A stretch of 64,000 bases of DNA from NCBI GenBank assembly GCA_019262145.1, contig CP076745.1, positions 119,093 through 183,092 on the forward strand. The letters run 5' to 3'. Positions 30,031 to 40,046 of the stretch are shown piece after piece. This DNA is from Candidatus Methanogranum gryphiswaldense (GTDB taxonomy: Archaea; Thermoplasmatota; Thermoplasmata; Methanomassiliicoccales; Methanomethylophilaceae). The stretch's first letter is position 1. The number at the start of each line of letters is the position of its first letter. A model generated the notes under the pieces. That model worked only from the letters and a program-made list of their open reading frames with translations. It did not search any database and was not told the origin of the DNA. The translations under genes and the position numbers were made by a program.

Positions 30031-32364
30031 ATGTCCAAAGGACCAATGATCAAAAGGGATGTACCATTCTCGCTTTATGAGGTTGACATCCTAAATGCTG
30101 ATGATAAGGACCTGAACAAGATCTCTAGAGATATGAGTCTCAGTCTTTCTTTGGAAGAGATGAGGACCATCAAAGATTATTTTGTAAGAGATGGAAGGAA
30201 TCCGACGGATGTAGAACTTCAATCGCTTGGACAGGCATGGAGTGAACATTGTTGTTATAAGAGTTCAAAGCCGATCCTCAAGGAGTTTGTATTCGGTATC
30301 GAACGTGATGATGTTCTTTCCAGAGGTGATGCTGGAGTAATGGTGTTCGACGATGATTATGGGTATGCGTTAAGGGTCGAGAGCCATAATCACCCATCTG
30401 CAATTGAGCCCTATGGAGGGGCGGCAACAGGGATCGGAGGAATATTGAGAGATGTCGTCTGCATGGGTGCCCAGCCCATTGCATTGGCCGATCCTTTATG
30501 TTTCGGTCCGATAGATACCAAAGAAGAACTGCCAAAAGGTATCAAGCACCCCCGTTATCTAGTGAGCGGTGTGGTTGCGGGCATAAGAGATTATGGTAAC
30601 CGTTGCGGTATACCCACTGTCACCGGGGGATTCTTCTTTGATGAGAGGTACACCGGGAATTGCCTGGTAAATGTTGGATGTTTTGGTATAGTCAAAAGGA
30701 AGGACCTCGCGAAGAATTATGTGGGGGGCCCAGGAGAGGTAATGATCCTCATCGGTGGACGTACAGGAAGAGACGGTATACACGGTGTTAATTTTGCATC
30801 CAAAGATCTCACTTCGACCTCTCAGGATGATTCGAGAGGCGCTGTTCAGCTCGGAGACCCCATAACCAAGGAGCCTGTGATACACGCATGTTTCGAGGTA
30901 AATGCGAAGCATCTCATTACGGGAATGAAGGATCTTGGAGGGGGCGGTCTCAGCTGTGTCATAGGTGAGATGGCACTGGGGGCCGGATGTGGAGCCGATG
31001 TGGACCTGGAGAACGTTCCCCTTAAGGAGACGGGGCTTGCTCCGTGGGAGATATGGGTTTCCGAATCTCAGGAACGCATGATGTGCAGTTGCAAGCCAGA
31101 GAATGTTGAAAAGGCACTCGAGATATTCAAAATGTGGGACGTGCTCGCAACGCCAATTGCAAAAACAACAGACACGCCTCGCACTCGTATCTTCTGGAAG
31201 GGAGAGTTAATATTTGATATGGACCTGGAATTTCTTACTGGTGGACCGGTATATCACAGGCCTTATGTGCTTCCCAAGGTCTATAAGAAGGAGAACGAGG
31301 TCTTCCCTAAGATTCCCAATGATAAAGATGTCATTCTTACACTGCTTTCAGATTTGAATGTAGCATCAAAGGAATGGGCGATAAGACAATACGATCATGA
31401 GGTACGTGCATCTACGGTCATACACCCAATGGTGGGAAAGATGAATGAGACCGGGCCTGGAGATGCGGCAGTTCTGATGCCTGTACCAGGCAGGTGGAAG
31501 GGACTTGCTATTGCAACTGGATGCAATCCTTGGTTCACAGCCGGAGATCCATATAATGGTGGTATGTCCAGTATAGATGAGGCGTGTCGTAATCTTGTGG
31601 CTGTAGGCGCTAGACCTAATGCTTTCACAGATTGTCTTAATTTTGGCAATCCTGAGAAACCAGAAAGACTAGGAGAACTGAGAGAAGCTGTGAGAGGAAT
31701 AGGCACCATTGCAAAAGGTCTCGGGATACCAATTCCTTCAGGAAATGTCAGTTTGTATAACGAAGCCCCAGGAGGCATATACATCCTGCCAACTCCCATG
31801 ATAGTTGGATGTGGGCTTATTGATGATCTCAGAAAGGCAATAACTGCAGATATGAAGAAAGTAGGTTCATGTCTTTACATTGTGGGGGAGACCAAAGATG
31901 AGATGGGGGCATCTCTCCTTTTCCGTAAATTTGGAGGAAAAGAAGGGCAGGTGCCTGCCGTGGATATTCCTCACCTTAGGGCGGTCATGGATAAGCTTTT
32001 GGATGCAATGGATAAAGGGCTCGTTATGAGCTGTCACGATTGTTCTGATGGAGGTTTGGCCGTTGCTGTTGCCGAGATGTGTATATCAGGTCAGATAGGA
32101 GCAGAGGTCGATCTAACTGCGTTAGGGGATCTGGACATGAAAGTCAAGCTCTATTCGGAAAGCAATTCCCGTTGGATCGTAGAGATCGATGGGAAGAAAG
32201 CAGATAGATTCGAGACGATCTTGGGCGATGATGCGAAATGCATCGGAATTTCTAAAGGGGACACTCTCAAGATAAAGGGAACGAAAATAGCAATTCCCAT
32301 ATCGGAGATGAGGAAAGCTTGGAATGATCCAATATGGAATATAATGGGGGGTGCGCATCAATGA
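30031..32364 (+). CDS. purL: Phosphoribosylformylglycinamidine synthase subunit PurL
   Basis: 777 aa containing RVESHNHPSAIEPYGGAATGIGG. Confidence 0.95.
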   Translation: MSKGPMIKRDVPFSLYEVDILNADDKDLNKISRDMSLSLSLEEMRTIKDYFVRDGRNPTDVELQSLGQAWSEHCCYKSSKPILKEFVFGIERDDVLSRGDAGVMVFDDDYGYALRVESHNHPSAIEPYGGAATGIGGILRDVVCMGAQPIALADPLCFGPIDTKEELPKGIKHPRYLVSGVVAGIRDYGNRCGIPTVTGGFFFDERYTGNCLVNVGCFGIVKRKDLAKNYVGGPGEVMILIGGRTGRDGIHGVNFASKDLTSTSQDDSRGAVQLGDPITKEPVIHACFEVNAKHLITGMKDLGGGGLSCVIGEMALGAGCGADVDLENVPLKETGLAPWEIWVSESQERMMCSCKPENVEKALEIFKMWDVLATPIAKTTDTPRTRIFWKGELIFDMDLEFLTGGPVYHRPYVLPKVYKKENEVFPKIPNDKDVILTLLSDLNVASKEWAIRQYDHEVRASTVIHPMVGKMNETGPGDAAVLMPVPGRWKGLAIATGCNPWFTAGDPYNGGMSSIDEACRNLVAVGARPNAFTDCLNFGNPEKPERLGELREAVRGIGTIAKGLGIPIPSGNVSLYNEAPGGIYILPTPMIVGCGLIDDLRKAITADMKKVGSCLYIVGETKDEMGASLLFRKFGGKEGQVPAVDIPHLRAVMDKLLDAMDKGLVMSCHDCSDGGLAVAVAEMCISGQIGAEVDLTALGDLDMKVKLYSESNSRWIVEIDGKKADRFETILGDDAKCIGISKGDTLKIKGTKIAIPISEMRKAWNDPIWNIMGGAHQ

Positions 32365-33170
32365 AGGATATAAAAGTGTGTGTGCTCAGAATAGAGGGGA
32401 CCAACTGCGAGGATGAGATGGCCGAAGCCTTCAACATGGTTGGTGCAAATGCAGAGAAGGTCCATTTGAAACAGTTAAGCGGAGACGTCTCTGGTGACCT
32501 TAGAAGGGATTTGGAAGACTACGACATACTTGCGTTGCCTGGTGGGTTCTCTGCTGGAGATTATGTCCGCGCAGGAGCGATATTTGCCGCAAGGATAAAA
32601 TCTTCAGTGGGGACTCAACTAAGGAGATTTGTGGAAGAAGAGAAACCAGTTTTAGGTGTCTGTAATGGATTTCAGATATTGGTGGAATTAGGGTTGCTTC
32701 CCGCTTTTGATGATATAATGTCTGCAGAACCTACGGCTGCATTGTATACGAATGATTCTGCGAGATTTGAATGTCGTCCTACCGTTCTTAGAAATGACAA
32801 TAGGGGGAAATGCATATTCACCTCTGAGGTCGCTCCTAAGAAGCTTTTGACAATACCTTCCGCTCATGGAGAAGGGAAGCTAATGAGCATGGACCCCGAA
32901 TTCGTTCAGAGATTGGAGGATAACGATCAGATCGTGTTCAGGTATGTAGAACCGGATGGAAGTTCTCCGGATTACCCATGGAACCCTAACGGTTCGCCTT
33001 CAGATATTGCAGGCATATGCAATCCAGCAGGTAATGTCTTGGGAATGATGCCCCATCCTGAGCGTGTTATGACAAGATTTACACACCCTGATTGGACTAG
33101 AGGATACGAATCCGAATACGGGGACGGCAGGGTCATATTCACATCAGTGATGAAAAGTCTTGTGAAGTGA
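32361..33170 (+). CDS. purQ: Phosphoribosylformylglycinamidine synthase subunit PurQ (glutaminase)
   Basis: GVCNGFQ (nucleophile Cys) and MMPHPER. ATGA overlap with purL. Confidence 0.9.
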   Translation: MKDIKVCVLRIEGTNCEDEMAEAFNMVGANAEKVHLKQLSGDVSGDLRRDLEDYDILALPGGFSAGDYVRAGAIFAARIKSSVGTQLRRFVEEEKPVLGVCNGFQILVELGLLPAFDDIMSAEPTAALYTNDSARFECRPTVLRNDNRGKCIFTSEVAPKKLLTIPSAHGEGKLMSMDPEFVQRLEDNDQIVFRYVEPDGSSPDYPWNPNGSPSDIAGICNPAGNVLGMMPHPERVMTRFTHPDWTRGYESEYGDGRVIFTSVMKSLVK

Positions 33171-33179
33171 TGATCATTG

Positions 33180-33210
33180 GACGGCCAGATGTACTGGCCG
33201 TCTCATTTTT
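33180..33210 (+). terminator. Hairpin plus T-run terminator after purQ
   Basis: Perfect 9-bp stem GACGGCCAG-ATGTA-CTGGCCGTC followed by TCATTTTT. Confidence 0.55.
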
Positions 33211-33221
33211 AATTAATGATA

Positions 33222-33890
33222 TCAGATACTGACCCTGACGTCCACACGGTCGCCATTACCGATACTAAGTGTTCTTCTTAGGTGGTAGTGGCATATGATC
33301 TCGATGACATCTGCGTAATGGGACCTTTCTGGTACAACAATTGCACAATCGATATTCCTTATCTTTGCCTTATATGCAATAACATTCCCAAAACTTCTGC
33401 CTTCGCTAATAAATCCATCTATGGTCTGTCCAGACGTGCTTCTGATGACATCAAGTTTACCAATATCGTCTTTATCAACCGTTATGTTAAGTGTTCCTTC
33501 AAACGGTCTGAATCCGAGTTTCTTCTCAAATTGATCCATGTATCCAGGTTGACAGATGTAATAGCCGCCTTCGCCCATTCCTTCTGTGACCTTTCCATGG
33601 ATCGTTATGTGGTCCGTCAGTTCAAATATTCTGCGATACTCGTTATATTCTTTTTTGAGCTCTTCGACTCCGCGAGGAGTAAGTTTAATTCTTTGTCTTC
33701 TTGCTCCTAGGTCACGTATGATGAGCTTTTCATCAAGCAGTTCGAGTATCCTTTTTGACGCTGACTGTTGGCTCATCTCTAACGTATCGCCGAGTTCTCT
33801 GGATGATACGGCGATATAGTCGTCGATACCACCGAGAAGTGCGATCTTCCTTAGTGCGAAAGTGTATTTTTCGTCCACATTCACGGTCAA
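33222..33890 (-). CDS. ribK: CTP-dependent riboflavin kinase fused to an N-terminal winged-helix domain (RbkR type)
   Basis: N-terminal wHTH (SSRELGDTLEMSQQSASKRILELLDEKLI). C-terminal archaeal riboflavin kinase motifs GKVTEGMGEGGYYI and PFEGTLNITV. Confidence 0.8.
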   Translation of the reverse strand: MTVNVDEKYTFALRKIALLGGIDDYIAVSSRELGDTLEMSQQSASKRILELLDEKLIIRDLGARRQRIKLTPRGVEELKKEYNEYRRIFELTDHITIHGKVTEGMGEGGYYICQPGYMDQFEKKLGFRPFEGTLNITVDKDDIGKLDVIRSTSGQTIDGFISEGRSFGNVIAYKAKIRNIDCAIVVPERSHYADVIEIICHYHLRRTLSIGNGDRVDVRVSI

Positions 33891-33907
33891 TTCATTTGAG
33901 GATTTAA

Positions 33908-33929
33908 AATTACCGTAATTTTGGTAATT
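33908..33929. promoter_or_regulatory. Inverted repeat AATTACC-N8-GGTAATT upstream of ribK/rbkR
   Basis: Perfect 7-bp arms at 33908-33914 and 33923-33929, 18-39 nt upstream of the start codon at 33890. Candidate autoregulatory operator. Confidence 0.4.
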
Positions 33930-33940
33930 GAGATAAATAT

Positions 33941-33968
33941 GGTTAAAAGGAAAAGGCCCTAAAGGGCC
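33941..33968 (-). terminator. Hairpin plus T-run terminator
   Basis: The minus strand carries GGCCC-UUUA-GGGCC followed by TTTTCCTTTT, 8 nt after the stop of 33976-34359. Confidence 0.45.
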
Positions 33969-33975
33969 AATTTTT

Positions 33976-34359
33976 TTAAAGTTTAGCGTTCAACCATTTT
34001 TTAGACGATGGGAGGGTCTCGAGGATTACGATACAGACATCGAAGATCAATAGGACGATTCCTGCCCACAACTCAAAGTATCCAGCCGCCATGCAACCTG
34101 CAATTATGCCTAGATTGATGAAGGATACAAAAAGTGCAACTCTCCAGTTCCACTGGCTATTTTTTACAAATGCTCCGGCCAGTGCGAAGAATAGGGCTGC
34201 GGTTAGCATATAGAATGCAATGGTCGGGAGGATATTGTCCTCGGGTTTGTAGAACAGTGCAAGACATGCTACACTGAAAACTCCTCCGAGAAGCCCCAGT
34301 CCACATGCTGTTTTGATTCCATTAGGTGTGACACTCATTTTCATACTTCCTTTATGCAA
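33976..34359 (-). CDS. Small hypothetical membrane protein
   Basis: 127 aa with 4 TM helices. Overlaps the upstream gene end by 8 nt. Confidence 0.6.
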   Translation of the reverse strand: MHKGSMKMSVTPNGIKTACGLGLLGGVFSVACLALFYKPEDNILPTIAFYMLTAALFFALAGAFVKNSQWNWRVALFVSFINLGIIAGCMAAGYFELWAGIVLLIFDVCIVILETLPSSKKWLNAKL

Positions 34360-34948
34360 TATCCTTAATGTTTGGTTTTGATAACATCATGTCGGTTGCC
34401 GCTACGATAATCCAGATCATCGCACCGATAGCAGCCCATGCCTCGAATGTGGCCAGATTATATCCCACGTATATTCCCATGAGTGTGATGACGATTACAA
34501 TGGGTACGGCCGCAAAGACCTCATGTCCATTCATCCAGAATCCTCCAGCATACAGGCAAACTGCTATGAAAATAAAGAATCCCATTGTGTACGCGACAAG
34601 GTTATGAAGATCACCGTTTCCAACGTCCTTCGTTATGATCCCTACAAGGAAAAGAAGAACTGCACCGATCACTAGGAGGATCCCCCCAGCGGAAATACAT
34701 TTGTTGTTCGAATATATCGTTGATGCAAATCCGAAGATCGCAAGGAATATGGCGGTCAGCATGCAACAACCGTAGTTGAAGAAGTATTTGGCATCGGTGT
34801 CAGAGACTCCAAAATCGGAAAGAGTGTTCTTTCCGAATACCCATGCAGGGTCGAGTGCAGCCGCACAGATCCAAGAGATCGTGAACACAGCGATGGCGAT
34901 GATGCCAAACCAGGCGAACGCAACGTTGTGTGGTTTTTTCACTAACAT
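34352..34948 (-). CDS. Polytopic membrane protein, DUF998-like (tentative)
   Basis: 198 aa with 6 TM. The N-terminal pattern AAALDPAWVFGKNTLSDFGVSD resembles that of the N-domain of 59647-61050. Confidence 0.6.
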   Translation of the reverse strand: MLVKKPHNVAFAWFGIIAIAVFTISWICAAALDPAWVFGKNTLSDFGVSDTDAKYFFNYGCCMLTAIFLAIFGFASTIYSNNKCISAGGILLVIGAVLLFLVGIITKDVGNGDLHNLVAYTMGFFIFIAVCLYAGGFWMNGHEVFAAVPIVIVITLMGIYVGYNLATFEAWAAIGAMIWIIVAATDMMLSKPNIKDIA

Positions 34949-35043
34949 GAATCCTGAATCCTCATTGGGTTAAATTAGGTTTGCGTACGCGCGGGATAAA
35001 AAAGTGTATATCGTTATACCATATGGGACTGTACGAGGATAAA

Positions 35044-35808
35044 ATGAGGAATCTATTCTTTGTTGGAACCGCAGGTAGCGGAAAGAGTACATTGGTTGGA
35101 GCATTCAAAACTTGGCTCGAAGATAACGGAGTGGATTCTATCGTAATCAATTTGGATCCAGGAGCGGAAACGCTACCATATACGCCTAACATCGACATAA
35201 GGGAGTGGATATCTTTGGACGAGGTCATGAGTGAATATGGGCTCGGACCGAACGGTGCGCAGATCGTTGCAGCGGATCTGATGGCGGTAAACATAAGGAA
35301 GATGATGGATGTCGTGGAGACGTTTAAAACGGATTATGTGTTGATCGATACGCCTGGACAGCTTGAATTATTTGCATTCAGAGAGTCATCTGATAGGATC
35401 GTCACGGCATTCGGCAAGGATAAGTCCATGCTGGTGTATCTTTCGGATCCCACACTCTGCAGAAGCCCAAACGGTTTCATTTCTTCCATGATGCTTTCAT
35501 CCATAGTAGAGTTTAGACTCCAGCTCCCCACGATCAATCTGCTGTCAAAATGTGATATGTTCAAAGAGGAAGAGACTGACAGAATGATAGCATGGTTCGA
35601 AAATTCCGATGTCCTTTACAGCGATTTAATGGACGATAGGCGTAATTCAGAGTCAGTAGTAGGTATGGAATTGCTCAAAGCTCTTGATAATATGGGAAGA
35701 TTTGGAGAGATACGTTCTGTTTCCGCACAAGAGGACATAGGTCTAGGGGACATCTATTCAGCAGCTCAGTTGGAGTTCTTTGCAGGAGAAGACACGTCCA
35801 GAGAGTGA
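35044..35808 (+). CDS. GPN-loop GTPase
   Basis: P-loop FFVGTAGSGKSTL, GPN motif GLGPNGAQI, and DTPGQLELF. GAGGA precedes the ATG at 35044. Confidence 0.85.
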   Translation: MRNLFFVGTAGSGKSTLVGAFKTWLEDNGVDSIVINLDPGAETLPYTPNIDIREWISLDEVMSEYGLGPNGAQIVAADLMAVNIRKMMDVVETFKTDYVLIDTPGQLELFAFRESSDRIVTAFGKDKSMLVYLSDPTLCRSPNGFISSMMLSSIVEFRLQLPTINLLSKCDMFKEEETDRMIAWFENSDVLYSDLMDDRRNSESVVGMELLKALDNMGRFGEIRSVSAQEDIGLGDIYSAAQLEFFAGEDTSRE

Positions 35809-35854
35809 TTTTAGTTAGAATAAAAAGGTAAAGTGTTTGAATAAAGATGTTTGA

Positions 35855-37057
35855 TCATCCGAACATGTATGCGGGCACTGACTTGATCTTCGCTCTTCCC
35901 GCTTCCATTACTTTTTCTTTTGCAGCTACGAAATCGTCCATGGTTATTGTGTCGCGATTGTCCCTTATGGCTAACATTCCAGCTTCTGTGCATATGCTTT
36001 TGATCTCTGCACCAGATGTACCGTCTGTCATCTCTGCGAGCTTTTTCACTTGAACGTCCTTAGTGATACTCATTTTTGCCAGGTGTATCTTGAATATCTG
36101 CGTTCTTCCATCAACATCAGGCAGACCGATCTCGATGATACGGTCGAATCTTCCAGGTCTAAGTAGGGCATCGTCCAAGATATCTGGTCTGTTGGTGGCA
36201 CCTATTATTTTGACGTCGCTCATGGGAGTGAATCCATCAAGTTCGGAAAGAAGCTGCATCAGGGTTCTTTGGACCTCGCGGTCACCTGATGTCGCAACAT
36301 CCATTCTTTTTGCTCCTACCGAGTCAAGTTCGTCTATGAAGATGATACTCGGGGCTTTTTCTTTCGCAAGCTCGAACAATTCGCGTACTAGTCTTGCGCC
36401 TTCTCCGATATATTTCTGGACAAGTTCCGATCCCACTAATCTTATGAAGGTGGCTTTTGTAGCGCTAGCAACGGCTTTTGCCATCATCGTCTTACCTGTT
36501 CCCGGAGGACCCACCAGTAAAACTCCCTTCGGGGGTTCCACACCTACCTTTGCATATAGCTCAGGCCTTAGTAGGGGATCTTCAACAGCTTCGCGGAGTT
36601 CCAGCATCTGTTTGGAGAGTCCACCTATGTCCTCATATGTGACATTAGGTTTATCGATGATCTCAGCGCCTGTCACTACAGGGTCCAAAGGTGCAGGAAG
36701 CACACTCATGACTGCAAGCGATTGTTTGTTGAGGGATACCCTTACGCCGGGAGTCAGTTCTTTCGGGGATATGTATTCGGAAACAGACACAATGAAGTCC
36801 GGTCCGGTCGAGCTTTTTACGACCACACGGTTGTCCGGAAGTATGTCACGTAGCGAACCGATTATCAGCGGCGGGCTTTTTAGTCTCTCATTCTCTGCCC
36901 TAACGCGTGACAGTTCTTTCTGAAGCCTGAAATTCTCTCCTTCAGAGTAACGTTTCTCGTTCTCTGCATTCTGGAGGTCTTCCATTAGTCTAACGTTCCT
37001 TTCTTCGAGCGTGACTAATTTGGTCTTCAGTTCCTCAATTTGAGTCTCGTCGTCCAT
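35855..37057 (-). CDS. pan: Proteasome-activating nucleotidase (AAA+ ATPase)
   Basis: N-terminal coiled coil, Walker A GPPGTGKT, Walker B IIFIDELD, 400 aa. Confidence 0.95.
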   Translation of the reverse strand: MDDETQIEELKTKLVTLEERNVRLMEDLQNAENEKRYSEGENFRLQKELSRVRAENERLKSPPLIIGSLRDILPDNRVVVKSSTGPDFIVSVSEYISPKELTPGVRVSLNKQSLAVMSVLPAPLDPVVTGAEIIDKPNVTYEDIGGLSKQMLELREAVEDPLLRPELYAKVGVEPPKGVLLVGPPGTGKTMMAKAVASATKATFIRLVGSELVQKYIGEGARLVRELFELAKEKAPSIIFIDELDSVGAKRMDVATSGDREVQRTLMQLLSELDGFTPMSDVKIIGATNRPDILDDALLRPGRFDRIIEIGLPDVDGRTQIFKIHLAKMSITKDVQVKKLAEMTDGTSGAEIKSICTEAGMLAIRDNRDTITMDDFVAAKEKVMEAGRAKIKSVPAYMFG

Positions 37058-37162
37058 AGTATCCCTTTTAGGGATTATGCCCTCCCCTTTTATTACTTTT
37101 CCGTGTCAAAAGTAATTGAGCGTGCGGTAGACTTAATAACGGCCTCATCAATGACAATAGCA

Positions 37163-37657
37163 ATGATCTGCGAAATGTGTGGAAATGAGTCACCTGCAAC
37201 CAAAGCGATGATGGTCGAAGGAACGAAACTTATGCTTTGTCCCAATTGTGCCAGATTCGGGGACGAGTATAAGGCATCGTCCAAAGTTGGCGTTTCAGCC
37301 CCTAATAAGGCGGTCATAGAACAAAGGTTGGATAAACGTGAGAGAAGAATGCAGACACGCGACGTATATGCTACAGCGGGTGTTGCGGAGATCATAGGCA
37401 ATTACGGCGTGGCCGTTCGTGAGGCTCGCGAGAAAAAAGGGATGGACCTGGAGCAATTTGCCGCATCGATATCTGAGAAGAAAGGAATACTCGCCAAGGT
37501 AGAGTCCAATAATCTTGTTCCTGATGATAAATTAAGGGCAAAATTGGAAAAAGCGTTGGACATAAAGCTTACTGAGATCGTTATTCCTGGGGCTACAGTC
37601 GGCAGTGGAAAAACCAACGGTTCGATGACCCTCAGTAATTTCATAAAAAAGGAATGA
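37163..37657 (+). CDS. mbf1: Archaeal MBF1 (zinc ribbon plus Cro/C1-type HTH)
   Basis: MICEMCGNE...LCPNCARFG zinc ribbon and HTH REAREKKGMDLEQFAASISEKKGILAKVES. Alternative ATG at 37151. The ORF-track start at 37040 overlaps pan. Confidence 0.75.
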   Translation: MICEMCGNESPATKAMMVEGTKLMLCPNCARFGDEYKASSKVGVSAPNKAVIEQRLDKRERRMQTRDVYATAGVAEIIGNYGVAVREAREKKGMDLEQFAASISEKKGILAKVESNNLVPDDKLRAKLEKALDIKLTEIVIPGATVGSGKTNGSMTLSNFIKKE

Positions 37658-38308
37658 TCATTTCTTCGACGCGGAGATGTATACCAGATCATAGTATCTT
37701 GCTATATCTGCGCCCCGGTCTCTGAGGACGATAAGGGCGGCAACTTCCGTGTCGATGTTCAATTTTTTTACGATTTTGTTGCATTCAGAGATAAATGTAC
37801 CTTTTTGCATTCCTATAGACGTTGCAATTTCCATAAGTTTTGGAAGTAAAGCATCATCGTCCTTTTTCATTTTCTCTTTTTTGATCTGAGTCTTGGGTGA
37901 GGCTTCTTTTTTATCAGGAGATGCGGTTCTTATGAATTCCAGAAGTTCTCTGGATGGTTTGTAAGCGACAGGCACATCGATGGTGGTCAGATCCCCAGTT
38001 GCTTTCAAGAGTCCATCTGGAGTAGCAGTGACCAGTTCTTCAGATACAATCAACTTTACGAATCTGCTTGCTGTGGTGGCATCCATCCATCTGAGGTCAA
38101 GTGATATGGTCATTATGAGTTCCATTACTGTAATCACTTCTTTTCCTTTGTTACGGAAGAAAGCAGCGGTACAGATCTTGAGTTCAGCGTTCACGTTTGC
38201 ATGATGTACGTCGTTAATAAAAAATGTTGTCCTCGCTATACGCGCGGGCGTTATTTGTATTTCACTAACAAGTAAAAATAAAAAGAGGCAAACATTTATA
38301 ACCGACAT
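37658..38308 (-). CDS. Conserved archaeal protein (DUF2240-like, tentative)
   Basis: Maximal ORF is 216 aa. The conserved-looking part begins near [38 protein letters not shown] at 38194 lies about 20 nt downstream of a TTTTTTATTAA TATA-like box, so the real start may be 38194. Confidence 0.5.
   Translation of the reverse strand: MSVINVCLFLFLLVSEIQITPARIARTTFFINDVHHANVNAELKICTAAFFRNKGKEVITVMELIMTISLDLRWMDATTASRFVKLIVSEELVTATPDGLLKATGDLTTIDVPVAYKPSRELLEFIRTASPDKKEASPKTQIKKEKMKKDDDALLPKLMEIATSIGMQKGTFISECNKIVKKLNIDTEVAALIVLRDRGADIARYYDLVYISASKK
38295..38301 (+). promoter_or_regulatory. TATA-like box for rpoK
   Basis: TTTATAA centred about 31 nt upstream of the rpoK ATG, implying a near-leaderless transcript. 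Confidence 0.35.
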
Positions 38309-38328
38309 CAGTCTACCTCGATTCTTGT

Positions 38329-38511
38329 ATGGTGAGTCAAATGAACTACACTAGATTCGAAAAAGCAAGGATCATAGGTGCGAGGGCACTTCAGATCTCG
38401 TACGGTGCACCAGTCCTCATAGACTATCCTGAGGACATGCTAGATCCAATCGATATCGCCATGCTGGAGTATGAGAAGAATCTCATCCCCATTACAGTTG
38501 TTAGAAATTAA
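38329..38511 (+). CDS. rpoK: DNA-directed RNA polymerase subunit K (Rpo6)
   Basis: 60 aa containing [21 protein letters not shown]. Confidence 0.85.
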   Translation: MVSQMNYTRFEKARIIGARALQISYGAPVLIDYPEDMLDPIDIAMLEYEKNLIPITVVRN

Positions 38512-38524
38512 TCGAGGAATTTAA

Positions 38525-39148
38525 ATGAGTGAAGAGGAAAGCATCGCAGGAAACACCGAATTGCTGGTCGCGGAGGAAATCTACCTTACATCTGGAGTCC
38601 ACATCGGAACACAGCAGAAATCTGCCGATATGAAGGACTTCATCTATAAGGTGAGGCAGGATGGACTTTACGTCCTCGATGTAAAGAAGACCGATGAAAG
38701 GATCAGAGCAACAGCCAATTTCCTCGCTCACTATGACCCAAAGAGAATCCTTGTGGTGTCCGCAAGACAGTATGGACAGAGGCCCGCAAGGGAGTTTTCC
38801 AAGAACATCGGGGCACCAGCATTTGCAGGTCGTTTCGTTCCTGGAACACTTACCAACCCCGCTAACCCTGGATTCATGGAGCCCGAAGTTCTCGTAGTAA
38901 CAGACCCAGCCGCAGACAAGCAGGCACTCAATGAGGCCCTTAATCTAGGAATCCCCATAGTTGCTATGTGCGATGCAAACAATGAGACCCGCAATGTAGA
39001 TCTCGTAATCCCTACCAACAACAAGGGAAGGCGTGCTCTTGCATGTGTCTATTGGATCCTCACCAGGGAACTTCTTCTCGCAAGGGGAGATATAAAGGAC
39101 CCTGCAGATTTCAAGATGGAAATCGAGGATTTCGAAGCAAAGCTCTGA
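38525..39148 (+). CDS. rps2: Ribosomal protein S2 (uS2)
   Basis: [32 protein letters not shown] and [10 protein letters not shown]. Confidence 0.95.
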   Translation: MSEEESIAGNTELLVAEEIYLTSGVHIGTQQKSADMKDFIYKVRQDGLYVLDVKKTDERIRATANFLAHYDPKRILVVSARQYGQRPAREFSKNIGAPAFAGRFVPGTLTNPANPGFMEPEVLVVTDPAADKQALNEALNLGIPIVAMCDANNETRNVDLVIPTNNKGRRALACVYWILTRELLLARGDIKDPADFKMEIEDFEAKL

Positions 39149-39196
39149 GGTCATCCTCAGGCATAAACACTTTACCTACTAACTCCTTTAATCTTT

Positions 39197-40012
39197 ATGC
39201 GTTATCCTGCTGTGGCGGGTCGTTTTTATCCTGCGGAAAAGGAAGATTTGAAAGCGACCATTGTTTCTTGTTTCAAGCATCCTTTAGGCCCAGGTCTACC
39301 ATCAGATATTGTTGGAGAAAGAGGCATTTCTGCGGTTGTATGTCCTCATGCTGGATATCAAGCATCTGGAATGATCGCAGCACATTCTTTCAAGGCAATA
39401 GCTGAAGATGGTCTTCCTGAGGCATACATTGTTATTGGGCCGGACCACCACGGAGTGCCATATGAGGCAGTCATGTGTAGCGAAGAATACCTAACGCCTT
39501 TGGGCCCCTGTAAGATACATGATGAGATCGCGTCCAAATTGCGTGAGCTCATTCCAGACAACGTAAGGGCGCATAGGGCGGAGCATTCTGTTGAGGTGCA
39601 GGTTCCTTTTTTACAATTCATTGATCCGGATCCGCACATAATACCAATTATCATGGGCAATCAAGATCTTGGTTCAGCTAGAAGATTGTCGGAAAAGATA
39701 AGGGTCGCATGCAAAGGTCACGATGTCGTTGTAATAGCATCAAGCGATATGGCACATTATGTTCCGAAAGCTATTGGTAAGGAACTGAATTCACTTGTTT
39801 TGGAAAGATACGTTGCTAAGGACCTCGAAGGTATGTATCATGAGATAATGTCCAAGAGAATTACGGTCTGTGGATACGGTCCGATGGCTGTCGCCATGCT
39901 TTCCACAGATCCTTCCAATGTGAGTTTGTTGAAATATTCAGACTCTTGGGATTCTTTGAAATACGACATGGAATCGGTGGTAGGATACGCATCGATTAAG
40001 ATGACCAGATGA
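39197..40012 (+). CDS. MEMO1-family protein (AmmeMemoRadiSam system protein B)
   Basis: RYPAVAGRFYPAEKEDL and VCPHAGYQASG. Confidence 0.8.
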   Translation: MRYPAVAGRFYPAEKEDLKATIVSCFKHPLGPGLPSDIVGERGISAVVCPHAGYQASGMIAAHSFKAIAEDGLPEAYIVIGPDHHGVPYEAVMCSEEYLTPLGPCKIHDEIASKLRELIPDNVRAHRAEHSVEVQVPFLQFIDPDPHIIPIIMGNQDLGSARRLSEKIRVACKGHDVVVIASSDMAHYVPKAIGKELNSLVLERYVAKDLEGMYHEIMSKRITVCGYGPMAVAMLSTDPSNVSLLKYSDSWDSLKYDMESVVGYASIKMTR

Positions 40013-40046
40013 TCTGTTCGCATAACATTATTAATCGCGTAGACCA

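Noticed and set aside
36063-36923. Long antisense ORFs opposite well-supported genes. Examples are the 286-aa ORF opposite pan, plus 3010-3555, 24275-24733, 31395-31799, 59913-60371 and 60423-60743.
   Set aside because: They lie entirely inside strongly supported genes on the other strand. Their products are Ser/Pro/low-complexity-rich and match no family. They are best explained as shadow ORFs.
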